Positions 32,127-41,220 of a stretch of 64,000 nt of DNA are shown piece by piece. The translations under genes and the position numbers were made by a program. The stretch covers positions 11,790-75,789 of the forward strand of contig JAHBSZ010000008.1 in NCBI GenBank assembly GCA_019638845.1, in the 5' to 3' direction. Source of the stretch: Salinibacterium sp. (GTDB taxonomy: Bacteria > Actinomycetota > Actinomycetes > Actinomycetales > Microbacteriaceae). Numbering within the stretch: position 1 is the stretch's first letter; each line of letters starts with the position of its first letter. The notes beneath the pieces were generated by a model. It made no database searches. It was not told the DNA's origin and was given only the letters and a program-made list of their open reading frames with translations.

Positions 32127-33029
32127 ATGGGCGAAGGACACTCGCACCCGACGGCGGCTAGCGCCGGGGGCCGGCACCGCCGGCCCCTAGTGATCGCCTT
32201 CATCCTCACGGCGTCGTACATGGTGGTGGAGTTCGTGGTTGGCTTCTCCGTCAACTCGCTAGCCCTCATCTCCGACGCCGCCCACATGGGCACCGACGTG
32301 CTCGGGCTAGGGATGGCCCTCGCCGCGATCACTCTCGCCAGCAGGCCGGCAACCCAGCAACGCACCTACGGCCTCTATCGGCTCGAAGTGCTCGCCGCAC
32401 TCGCGAACGGCATCCTGCTATTCGCCGTCGCAGGGTACGTGCTCTACGAAGCCATCCAGAGATTCAGCGAACCGCCAGACGTCCCGGGTCTTCCGCTGCT
32501 CATCACGGCGGTCATTGGCCTGATCATCAACCTCATCAGCTTCCGCCTCCTCACGGCGGGGTCGAAGGAGAGCCTCAACGTCAAGGGCGCCTACCTCGAG
32601 GTGATGGGAGACCTGCTCGGGTCGATAGGTGTCATCGCCGCGGCGATCATTCTGTTCACTACCGGATGGGCCTACGCAGACCCGATCATCGGTGTGGGGA
32701 TCGGACTGTTCATTCTGCCGAGAACGTTCAAGCTCACCCGGCAAGCGCTGCGCATCCTGCTGGAAGTCGCGCCGCCGGAGATCGACATGGACGCCGTTCG
32801 TGCAGACGTGCTGGCAGTGGAGGGTGTGGAAGAGATTCACGACCTGCACGTCTGGACCATCACCTCCGGCATGGAAAGCGCAAGCGGACACATCGTTCTG
32901 AAAGAAGGGGCCGAATACGGACCAGTCCTCGACGGCGTCCTCGCTGTGCTTCGAGAGAAGCACCACATCGACCACGCCACCATCCAGTGCGAGCCCCGTG
33001 AATTCGACGAAACCAAGAACGCGATCTAG
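32127..33029 (+). CDS. czcD: CDF family Zn/Co/Cd efflux protein
   Basis: N-terminal HSH, SDAAHMGTD, EVMGD and HDLHVW motifs. Confidence 0.92.
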   Translation: MGEGHSHPTAASAGGRHRRPLVIAFILTASYMVVEFVVGFSVNSLALISDAAHMGTDVLGLGMALAAITLASRPATQQRTYGLYRLEVLAALANGILLFAVAGYVLYEAIQRFSEPPDVPGLPLLITAVIGLIINLISFRLLTAGSKESLNVKGAYLEVMGDLLGSIGVIAAAIILFTTGWAYADPIIGVGIGLFILPRTFKLTRQALRILLEVAPPEIDMDAVRADVLAVEGVEEIHDLHVWTITSGMESASGHIVLKEGAEYGPVLDGVLAVLREKHHIDHATIQCEPREFDETKNAI

Positions 33030-33040
33030 GTGGATATCGT

Positions 33041-33514
33041 ATGACGATGAGCGAACGCAAGGTATTCGACGACCACTCGGGCCCCCGCACAGTGAACGCC
33101 GCCCAAGTCTGGGAAGCGAAGGCCGCGATGCCCGCCAACAATGACATTGACGACCTGGCAGATGTCTTCCATCTGCTGGGAGATCCGAATCGCGTCAAGA
33201 TCCTCATCGCCCTCTCCGGCGGACGAATGGCAGTACGGGATCTGGCCGCAGTGGTCGAATTGAGCGAGTCGGCCGTATCCCACGCGCTACGACTGCTCAG
33301 GGCGCACCGAGTAGTCGGCGTCGAACGCGAAGGGCGGATGGCGTACTACGCCCTCGCCGACCTCCACGTTCGCGAGCTGCTCCGGCTCGCCCTCGAGCAC
33401 ATCGGCCACAGCGTCCTGCTGCACCCGGCCGAGCAACTCTCCTCAACCTCCCTCCTCGCAACCGAAGAATGCGACCGACCGCACGACTCCGCACGCTGGA
33501 AGGAAGATCCTTGA
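33041..33514 (+). CDS. ArsR/SmtB repressor with alpha5 (CzrA-like) metal site
   Basis: LGDPNRVKIL, AVSHALRLLR; D-x-H-x10-H-x2-H (DLH...EHIGH). Confidence 0.88.
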   Translation: MTMSERKVFDDHSGPRTVNAAQVWEAKAAMPANNDIDDLADVFHLLGDPNRVKILIALSGGRMAVRDLAAVVELSESAVSHALRLLRAHRVVGVEREGRMAYYALADLHVRELLRLALEHIGHSVLLHPAEQLSSTSLLATEECDRPHDSARWKEDP

Positions 33515-34104
33515 TCTCAGTACGCTCGAAAGTAGTACTCCGCAGCGCCGTCCTTGCCGTCACTCTCGCAGGCATCCTCACCGTCGCCACAGCAACCGCT
33601 GCCAACGCGCACGATGGACTGGTCGACAGCTCGCCCGCGGCCGACTCCACGGTCACCACGGAGTTGACCAGCATCGACCTCGAGTTCAGCGAGGACTTCC
33701 TCGACCTCGGAACCGCGACTTCGGCGTTCGCTATCCAGGTCTCGGGTCCCGATGGCAAGTTCTACAACACCGGCTGCGTCACCCTTGACGGAGCGACAAT
33801 CACCACCAGCGCGGCGCTGGGAGCCTCAGGGGACTACGAGGTCGTCTGGCAGGTCGTGTCCTCCGACGGTCACCCCACCTCCGACTCGTTCGGATTCCGC
33901 TATGTGCAACCCGACGGCGCGACCGCTGCTGAGGGTGCTGAGAGCGGCGTCACCTGCGCCGACGCCATCGTCGCGGACGACCAGGAGGCCGCCAATGCAG
34001 GTCCCGGGTGGATCTGGATTGTTGTCGTCGTGATCGTCGCACTCATCGCCATTGCGGTCCTCGCGGTCGTACTGGTCCGGCGCGGCAAGCGCGCAACGAG
34101 CTAG
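33511..34104 (+). CDS. copC: Membrane-anchored CopC copper-binding protein
   Basis: Signal peptide then AHDGLVDSSP; SSDGHP; C-terminal TM anchor. Confidence 0.88.
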   Translation: MISVRSKVVLRSAVLAVTLAGILTVATATAANAHDGLVDSSPAADSTVTTELTSIDLEFSEDFLDLGTATSAFAIQVSGPDGKFYNTGCVTLDGATITTSAALGASGDYEVVWQVVSSDGHPTSDSFGFRYVQPDGATAAEGAESGVTCADAIVADDQEAANAGPGWIWIVVVVIVALIAIAVLAVVLVRRGKRATS

Positions 34105-34123
34105 TCCCCCCGAAGATATAGGT

Positions 34124-34543
34124 ATGCAGAAGTCCGTGGAGTCCGCTCGCACCACACGCGTGCGCAGACTCTACGGCGCCCGCCAGATATTGGTAGGGCT
34201 GATCATCGTGGTGACGGCACTGCTGGCATCCATGGCCGTTCACCACTCGGATGCCTCCGAGTCCAACGACTCCGGCGGGCTAACCGAGATCGTCCACATC
34301 ACCCAGAATGTCGACGAAGCCCCAGCAATCAGCTCCTCGCCCGGGTCGGTGCTCCTTACCGGGTGCGCCATCTTCGTGCTGTGCTGCGTCATCGCACTGA
34401 CTGTGCTTCTCGTCCTTCGCGCGGTAGCCCGTGTCCTGCCCGGCGTCTTCCGGCACCTGCGGCTCTCTCTCGCCGTCGCGTTGGCGCGGAGTGCTCTCAC
34501 CCCTCGTCCCAGCCTCACCGTTCTCTCCATCAGCCGCACTTAG
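34124..34543 (+). CDS. DUF6153-like two-TM Cys/His protein (leader paralog 3)
   Basis: MAVHH...GCAIFVLCC; C-terminus PRPSLTVLSISRT-stop. Confidence 0.68.
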   Translation: MQKSVESARTTRVRRLYGARQILVGLIIVVTALLASMAVHHSDASESNDSGGLTEIVHITQNVDEAPAISSSPGSVLLTGCAIFVLCCVIALTVLLVLRAVARVLPGVFRHLRLSLAVALARSALTPRPSLTVLSISRT

Positions 34544-34633
34544 GCGAAGCTCGCGAGCCTTGGCTCGCCCACTTCCCCCGAACGCAACGGGACAGGTGCC
34601 CATCCGCGCCTCTCCCCGATTTGGAGAGACCTC

Positions 34634-35299
34634 ATGAATACGAACACGAAAGTCGCCCTGTCCTTTGCCGGCGTGCTGGTCGCGGGCGTGATCGCCTTCG
34701 GCGCGATCGCCGTTGTCCAGAACTCCGGCCCCAAGGCCGCCCCTGAAGTGAACGAGACCACAGGCCTCGCGTCCACCGTCGAAGCAAACAGCTACCGGCT
34801 CGATGACGTCCCTGAATCTCCAGTGACCGTTGTCGAGTTCCTAGACTTCGAATGCGAAGCGTGCGGCGCCTTCTACCCGGTGGTGGAAGACCTGCGCGAA
34901 AAGTATGACGGCCAGATCACCTACATCATTCGATACTTCCCGATCCCTTCTCACGGGAACGCGCAGAATGCGGCTCTTGCCGTGGAGGCCGCCGCGCAAC
35001 AGGGCCAAATCGAGGCCATGTACAACCGCATGTTCGAGACGCAGACGAGCTGGGGAGAAAGCAGCGAGTCCAAGGCCGACCTGTTCCGCACCTATGCCGA
35101 AGACCTTGGATTGGACATGGTCCAGTACGACGCCTCCGTCGCCGACCCTAAGTCGCTCGAGCGGATCATGTTCGACTTCGAAGCTGGCCGGGCGCTCGGC
35201 GTCAGCGGCACACCAACCTTCTTCATTAATGACAAGAAGGTGGAACTCTCGAACATCGATGACCTCGATAGGGCCATCGCAGACGAGCTCGGGACGTGA
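34634..35299 (+). CDS. DsbA/BdbD family oxidoreductase
   Basis: FLDFECEAC and GTPTF motifs; N-terminal TM anchor. Confidence 0.9.
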   Translation: MNTNTKVALSFAGVLVAGVIAFGAIAVVQNSGPKAAPEVNETTGLASTVEANSYRLDDVPESPVTVVEFLDFECEACGAFYPVVEDLREKYDGQITYIIRYFPIPSHGNAQNAALAVEAAAQQGQIEAMYNRMFETQTSWGESSESKADLFRTYAEDLGLDMVQYDASVADPKSLERIMFDFEAGRALGVSGTPTFFINDKKVELSNIDDLDRAIADELGT

Positions 35300-35892
35300 G
35301 GTCGAACCGGAACACCGTGATGGGACGCCTGACTGCGGTCGGCGTGGGCCTGACGGTGTTGCTGAGCCTGACGGCATGCACTCCGGCTGCCAGTGATGCG
35401 GCGGGTCAGAACTACGTCTCCGGGGACGGAACCGTGACGGAGTTCGATGAGCTCGACCGCGGCGAGCCTATCGACTTCGCGGGTACCACCGACCTGGGGG
35501 AGACAACCTCAAGCGACGACTATCGAGGAACTGTCGTCGTCGTGAACTTCTGGTACGCATCCTGTCCTCCTTGCCGAAAGGAAGCGCCCGACCTCCAGGC
35601 GCTGAACGACGAGTTCGCCAACGACGACGTCCAGTTCCTCGGGGTGAACCTGCGCGACGGCGCCGACACTTCGCTCACCTTCGCGAAGAAGTTTGGGATC
35701 TCCTACCCCTCGATCGTCGACACCGACGGGCAGGTCGCCCTTGCTTTCACGGGCATTGCGTCCCCGGCCGCCGTACCCACCACCGTGGTGCTAGACCGGA
35801 CCGGACGGCCAGCCTCCCGAATCGTCGGCCTGCTCGACAAGAGCACCCTGCGCGCCCTCATCCAAACGGCACTGGACGAGGGAGCGCAGTGA
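35296..35892 (+). CDS. TlpA/ResA-like oxidoreductase lipoprotein (copy 2)
   Basis: Lipobox LTAC; VNFWYASCPPC and VPTT motifs. Confidence 0.9.
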   Translation: MRSNRNTVMGRLTAVGVGLTVLLSLTACTPAASDAAGQNYVSGDGTVTEFDELDRGEPIDFAGTTDLGETTSSDDYRGTVVVVNFWYASCPPCRKEAPDLQALNDEFANDDVQFLGVNLRDGADTSLTFAKKFGISYPSIVDTDGQVALAFTGIASPAAVPTTVVLDRTGRPASRIVGLLDKSTLRALIQTALDEGAQ

Positions 35893-36638
35893 ACCCGCTC
35901 GGGGAGTTCTTTGCGCAGACAGCGATGTCTGGTGCTCTCCTGCTTGCCATTCCGGTCGCCGCCGTTGCAGGCCTCGTGTCGTTCCTGTCGCCCTGCGTCC
36001 TGCCGCTAGCCCCAGGGTTTCTCGGATACGTCTCCGGGATGACCAGCACCAATGCGCCTGACAGGCGCAAAGTCGTGCTTGGAACCGTGCTCTTCATCCT
36101 CGGCTTCTCTCTGGTGTTCATCGCCTACGGTGCGGCATTCGGCGCCATCGGTGCATGGCTCACGCAGTGGCAAGATCTGCTCATCCGAATTCTCGGCGGC
36201 GTCGTGATCGTCATGGGTATCGCGATGCTTGGTGCCATCCCGATCCTGCAGCGCACAGCTAAACCGACTTGGAAACCTCGGCTCGGCCTCGCGGGCGCGC
36301 CACTGCTTGGACTCGTATTCGGGCTGGGCTGGACGCCCTGTATCGGCCCGACCCTCAGTGCCGTGGTTGCGCTCAGCCTCACGGGCGGATCCAGCGTCCG
36401 CGGCGCCGTTCTCGGCCTCGCATACTGCATAGGTCTCGGCTTGCCATTTCTTGCTCTGGCCCTGGGTTGGCAATCAGCCACGTCAGCGATCGCTGCACTT
36501 CGGCGCCATGTCCGCCTCATCAACACCATCGGAGGTGCCATCTTGATCACGCTCGGAATCCTGATGATCAGCGGCCTGTGGGGCAGCCTCATCCGAGCAG
36601 TGCAAGGCCTCATCGGATCATTCGCGGTGATCCTATGA
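35889..36638 (+). CDS. ccdA: Cytochrome c biogenesis protein CcdA (copy 2)
   Basis: SPCVLP and WTPCIGP motifs. Confidence 0.92.
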   Translation: MNPLGEFFAQTAMSGALLLAIPVAAVAGLVSFLSPCVLPLAPGFLGYVSGMTSTNAPDRRKVVLGTVLFILGFSLVFIAYGAAFGAIGAWLTQWQDLLIRILGGVVIVMGIAMLGAIPILQRTAKPTWKPRLGLAGAPLLGLVFGLGWTPCIGPTLSAVVALSLTGGSSVRGAVLGLAYCIGLGLPFLALALGWQSATSAIAALRRHVRLINTIGGAILITLGILMISGLWGSLIRAVQGLIGSFAVIL

Positions 36639-36964
36639 GCAAGAAGAACACCACTTCCGCGGAAACAGTAGACAGTCCGAGCAGCACCCGGAAGCTGGCC
36701 ATCCTCGGCCTCGTACTGTCCCTGACGATCTCCGTCGCGGGGCTGGTCGTCTCTGTGGTCGCGCTGGTCAAGGCCCGCAGGGCCGGACGCTGGGACCCCG
36801 CCGCGATAGCGGGAATCATCGTCGGAGTCATCGGCATCGGCGTCTTCTTCCTCGCGCTTTGGTACGTGCTGCAGCTACTCGAGGGGCAGGTCGGACCCTG
36901 CCAGGGTCTCGAGCCCGGCACCTACGGCGAGGGACGATTCACCTACGAATGCGGTCCGGCATGA
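36635..36964 (+). CDS. Small membrane protein (DUF4190-like) with C-terminal Cys pair
   Basis: Two TM helices, CQGLEPGTY...YEC; ATGA coupling on both sides. Confidence 0.65.
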   Translation: MSKKNTTSAETVDSPSSTRKLAILGLVLSLTISVAGLVVSVVALVKARRAGRWDPAAIAGIIVGVIGIGVFFLALWYVLQLLEGQVGPCQGLEPGTYGEGRFTYECGPA

Positions 36965-37953
36965 TGCTCGCCGACGACCCCACATGGCTGCCCACCGAGC
37001 CACCTTCGCTTGCCGAGTTCCTCGCCCTGAACCTGCAACCGTTCCCGCTGCTTCCGGCGATCGCGATCGCCATGACGGCCCTCTACCTCGTTGGCGCAAT
37101 ACGTCTATGGGCGGCAGGGCGGCGATGGCCGATCTGGCGCACCGTGCTATTCCTTCTCGGGTGCCTGGCGATCCTCGCGACCACCGGACTCGGCGTCGAG
37201 GGCTACGGATTCGAACTCTTCTCCGTCTTCATGTTCCAGCAGCTCACACTCATGATGGCCGTGCCCCCGCTGCTGGTCCTGGGCTCCCCGGGCACTCTGC
37301 TTCTGCGCTCCCTGCCTCACAACGTCGTCGGGGGCCTCATTCATCGGGGATCGATCCGCCTACTGCGGTCGCGCGTCAGCCGCTTCCTCATCCACCCCGG
37401 CTTCACCCTCCCGGTCTTTCTGATCAGCTTCTACGGGCTCTACCTGGGCGGTCTGGCCGACTTCTTCCTTGCCACCTGGATCGGCCATCTCGGGCTCGAG
37501 GTGTTCTTCCTCGCCTCCGGAATCCTGTTCACCATCCCCATCCTGAGCGCCGACCCACTACCTCGTCGACAGACGTACGCCGGCCGTCTCATGGACCTCT
37601 TCGGCGAGATGGCCCTCCACGCCTTCTTCGGCGTCATCATCATGATGGCGCCCGCTCCGCTGGTACGGACCTTCACCACCCCGCCCGCGTCCTGGGGTGT
37701 GGACCTCGTCTACGACCAGCAGATCGCCGGCGCACTCTCCTGGTCGTACGGAGAACTGCCGACGGTGATCATCCTGCTGTTCCTACTCCCGCGGTGGTTC
37801 CGGGACGACACCCGCAAGGCCAAGGCTGCCGATCGCCAAGCGGATCGTTTCGGAGACCCGGAACTGGACGCCTACAACGAGTACCTCGCTGGACTGCGCA
37901 AACGAGACGAGCGCTACGGAATCACAGCGCCCACAACCGAAAAGGAGTCCTGA
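36961..37953 (+). CDS. ctaG: CtaG/Caa3-type cytochrome c oxidase assembly factor, His-depleted variant
   Basis: PPLLVLG.P, LHAFFG, DQQIAG..W.YGE.P and ELDAYNEYL motifs. Confidence 0.82.
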   Translation: MMLADDPTWLPTEPPSLAEFLALNLQPFPLLPAIAIAMTALYLVGAIRLWAAGRRWPIWRTVLFLLGCLAILATTGLGVEGYGFELFSVFMFQQLTLMMAVPPLLVLGSPGTLLLRSLPHNVVGGLIHRGSIRLLRSRVSRFLIHPGFTLPVFLISFYGLYLGGLADFFLATWIGHLGLEVFFLASGILFTIPILSADPLPRRQTYAGRLMDLFGEMALHAFFGVIIMMAPAPLVRTFTTPPASWGVDLVYDQQIAGALSWSYGELPTVIILLFLLPRWFRDDTRKAKAADRQADRFGDPELDAYNEYLAGLRKRDERYGITAPTTEKES

Positions 37954-38051
37954 TGTGGCTTTATCCCATCCTGATGATCGCGGTGTTGATCGGCATAGGC
38001 GTCTGGGCCCACATCACGTTCCGCAACTACGGCAAGCGGTTCGACAAGTGA
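37953..38051 (+). CDS. 32-aa single-TM small protein
   Basis: AAGGAG RBS; start overlaps the ctaG stop and stop overlaps the next GTG; MWLYPILMIAVLIGIGVWAHITFRNYGKRFDK. Confidence 0.65.
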   Translation: MWLYPILMIAVLIGIGVWAHITFRNYGKRFDK

Positions 38052-39238
38052 ACGCCGTGACACGCCGACTCATCGCCGCGACCGCTGTGCTGCTGGTGGT
38101 CACGACGACCATCATCGGCGCTCCCGCAGCGAGAGCCGATGACTACCCGACGTGGGACGACGTCGCCGCCGTGCGCGGCGACGAGGCGGCGACCCAGCAG
38201 AAGATCGCCGAAATCGAGGCACTAGTGTCCCGGCTGCAGAGCGCCGCCGCTAGCGCCCAGCAGGAGTCAGACGCCAAAGCGGCCGTTTGGGTTGAGGCCG
38301 ACACTCTGTTCCAAGAGGCGTACAGCCGAACTCAGAAGTTGCTCGCCCAAGCGGATGAGGCGAGCGTCAAAGCCACCGAATCCGGCAGACAGGCAGGGCA
38401 GATCGCCGCGCAGATGGGCCGGGCCGGCGGCGGCGACATCACCATGATCCTGTTCTCCGACTCCAAGAACGCCGACTCACTGCTATACGCACTCGGTGCA
38501 TGGGCGAAAGTGGGAGAGATGGCTAGCCGCATCTCCGACAAGGCCATCCAGGATCGCAACACCGCCCAAGCCCTCACGGATCAGGCCGAGGTCGCGCAGG
38601 ACCAGCTGGAGGCACTCAAAGCAGACGCCGAGGCGGCCTTCCTCGCCGCGCAAGCCGCCGCAACCGCTGCCCAGACCGCCCTGGACGCCCAGCTCTCCAA
38701 CCAGGCGACCCTCCAACAGCAGCTCGCGGTGCTCACCGAGAGGCGGGCCGCCACCGAGGCCGACTACCTCGCGGGGGTCGAGGCCAGAATCGGCACCGGG
38801 GCCAGCCTCGACGCAGGCGAGATCAGTCTCGCGGGATGGGCGCGGCCGGCCTCCGGATACATTAACTCGGTCTACGGGTGGAGCGCGCAATACGGTTCCA
38901 GCTTCCACAAAGGCGTAGACCTCGGTGCAGGCTGCGGCCAGAACATCTATGCCGGCTCCAGCGGAACCGTCGTATACGCCGCAGGCGGGTGGAACGGCGG
39001 GTACGGGAACTACATCATCATCGACCATGGCAACGGTGTTCAGACTGCCTATGCCCACATCATCGACGACGGCATCCTCGTCTCCGCAGGACAGCAGATC
39101 GTGGTGGGACAGAACATCGCCCGCGCCGGAACGACAGGCAACTCGACCGGATGCCACCTCCACTACGAAGTCCGCCTGGACGGGGTCACCACCGACCCAG
39201 TGCGCTACATGTCCGACCGCGGAATCCAAGTCGGATGA
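38048..39238 (+). CDS. Coiled-coil M23 peptidase (copy 2)
   Basis: Paralog of 23644-24900 (YPTWDDV, HKGVD, HLHYE). Confidence 0.88.
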   Translation: MNAVTRRLIAATAVLLVVTTTIIGAPAARADDYPTWDDVAAVRGDEAATQQKIAEIEALVSRLQSAAASAQQESDAKAAVWVEADTLFQEAYSRTQKLLAQADEASVKATESGRQAGQIAAQMGRAGGGDITMILFSDSKNADSLLYALGAWAKVGEMASRISDKAIQDRNTAQALTDQAEVAQDQLEALKADAEAAFLAAQAAATAAQTALDAQLSNQATLQQQLAVLTERRAATEADYLAGVEARIGTGASLDAGEISLAGWARPASGYINSVYGWSAQYGSSFHKGVDLGAGCGQNIYAGSSGTVVYAAGGWNGGYGNYIIIDHGNGVQTAYAHIIDDGILVSAGQQIVVGQNIARAGTTGNSTGCHLHYEVRLDGVTTDPVRYMSDRGIQVG

Positions 39239-41220
39239 TGGTGCGAGTACTTCGTGGGCCGATCCTCCTCATCGTGGTCTCGGTCATCGCCCTGCTGATC
39301 GCCCTTGCGTTCGGCGGTGGCGCCGACGCACCACTGCTGCTCGATCCCGGCGCCGCGACGCGCTACGGACTACCGATCTCCAAAATGGTCGTCAATCTTG
39401 CAAGCGCGATGACCATCGGCGCCCTCCTGCTCGCTTGTCTGGCGATTCCCCCGACATCCACGGCCTTCGCCAAAGCCCTCGACGTATCGTCCGTCTCCGC
39501 CGCTGTCTGGACCTTGGCAGCGGGCGCGACGGGGTTCTTCAGCTTCGTCAGCGCGTACAACCAGCCGGTCACCTTCGACGCGACGTTCGGCAACATCCTC
39601 GGGATGTTCCTGACGGCCTCGGAACTCGGCCAAGCCTGGTTGGCGACCGTGCTCATCGCTGCAACTCTCACCGTCGCCTGCTTTGCTGTCCGGAACGTGA
39701 CGGCAATCGCGTTCCTCACGGCTCTCGCGGTAGCAGGGCTCGTGCCCATGTCGCTGCAGGGGCACCAAGGCGGAACGGCCGATCACGACTCGGCGACGAT
39801 GGCGGTGTTCCTCCACGTCCTCTTCGCTGGGATCTGGCTGGGCGGACTACTTACCATCGTGGTCGTTCATCGCACCCTCGACCGTCCCGCGCTGGGGGTG
39901 CTGCTGGGACGCTATTCCACCATCGCTCTCATTTCCTTCCTGGTCGTTGCCGCCTCCGGCTACCTGAGCGCGCAGATCCGAGTCGATGGGTGGCAGAACC
40001 TCGCGTCGCCCTACGGCGTACTGGTCATCGTGAAGGTCATCGCCCTAGTAGCCCTGGGAGGCCTTGGGGCGACCTGGAGACGCACGGCGATCGCACGAGC
40101 GGGGGCATCGGCGCGATGGTTCTGGGGAGTGGTCGGAGCCGAGATCATCTTCATGGGGATCGCCTCAGGGGTTGCGGCCGCCTTGGCACGCACCGCGACA
40201 CCGGTTCCGGAATTCGTCCCCAGTATCCCGACACCCGCTGAGATCCTCACCGGCAGCCCGCTTCCACCGCCCCCGTCATTCACGAACTATTTCACGCTGT
40301 GGAACTTCGACCTGCTGTGGATGCTGGTCTGCGCCTTCGCCATCTTCTTCTACGTGGCCGGAGTCGTGCGGCTCAAGCGACGTGGAGACATGTGGCCCTG
40401 GTATCGCACCGCACTGTGGATCGCGGGGATCTGCCTACTCTTCTACATCACCAATGGCGGAATCAACCTCTACCAGAAGTACCTCTTCTCCTCCCACATG
40501 CTCGGCCACATGGCACTCGGCATGGTGGTGCCGATCCTGCTCGTCCCGGCGGCGCCGATCACCCTCGCGCTTCGCACCATCACCAAGCGCGCGGACGGCA
40601 GCCGCGGTCCACGGGAATGGATCATGCTCGTCGTGCACTCGCGACTGTTCGGGATACTCGGGAACCCGCTCGTCGCGGCGGGCCTATTCGTCGGATCCCT
40701 CTGGGCGTTCTACTACACCCCGCTCTTCGACTGGGCTACGTCCAACCACATCGGGCACCAGTGGATGATCGTGCACTTCCTGCTGACCGGGTACCTGTTC
40801 GTGCAGTCCCTGATCGGCGTCGACCCCTCCCCGAACCGCGCGCCCTACCCCATGCGGCTGCTCACCCTGCTAGCGACTATGGCCTTCCACGCGTTCTTCG
40901 GGCTCGCCCTACTGAGCGGAACCGCCATGCTCCTGCCCGACTGGTACGGCGCCATGGGCTGGCCCACCATAGACGCACTGGCCGACCAACAGGCCGCCGG
41001 CGGAATCGCGTGGAGCGTCGGCGAGATCCCGACAGTCGCCCTGGCGATCATCGTCGTCTTCCTCTGGTCGCGCAGCGATGGCCGAGAGAGTAAACGCTAC
41101 GACCGCCAAGCCGACCGTGACGGCGACGCCGGGCTCGAGGAATACAACCGGATGCTCTCCGCGCGTGCGGCCGCCGCCATCCTCACCCGGCCCAAGCTTC
41201 CCGGGCGCCGCGATGAGTAG
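39235..41220 (+). CDS. CopD-CtaG fusion protein
   Basis: CopD half (GHQGG..DH, HVLFAGIWLGG, RYS..AL) plus CtaG half (SHMLGHM, GHQWMIVHF, FHAFFG, DQQAAG). Confidence 0.88.
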   Translation: MMVRVLRGPILLIVVSVIALLIALAFGGGADAPLLLDPGAATRYGLPISKMVVNLASAMTIGALLLACLAIPPTSTAFAKALDVSSVSAAVWTLAAGATGFFSFVSAYNQPVTFDATFGNILGMFLTASELGQAWLATVLIAATLTVACFAVRNVTAIAFLTALAVAGLVPMSLQGHQGGTADHDSATMAVFLHVLFAGIWLGGLLTIVVVHRTLDRPALGVLLGRYSTIALISFLVVAASGYLSAQIRVDGWQNLASPYGVLVIVKVIALVALGGLGATWRRTAIARAGASARWFWGVVGAEIIFMGIASGVAAALARTATPVPEFVPSIPTPAEILTGSPLPPPPSFTNYFTLWNFDLLWMLVCAFAIFFYVAGVVRLKRRGDMWPWYRTALWIAGICLLFYITNGGINLYQKYLFSSHMLGHMALGMVVPILLVPAAPITLALRTITKRADGSRGPREWIMLVVHSRLFGILGNPLVAAGLFVGSLWAFYYTPLFDWATSNHIGHQWMIVHFLLTGYLFVQSLIGVDPSPNRAPYPMRLLTLLATMAFHAFFGLALLSGTAMLLPDWYGAMGWPTIDALADQQAAGGIAWSVGEIPTVALAIIVVFLWSRSDGRESKRYDRQADRDGDAGLEEYNRMLSARAAAAILTRPKLPGRRDE

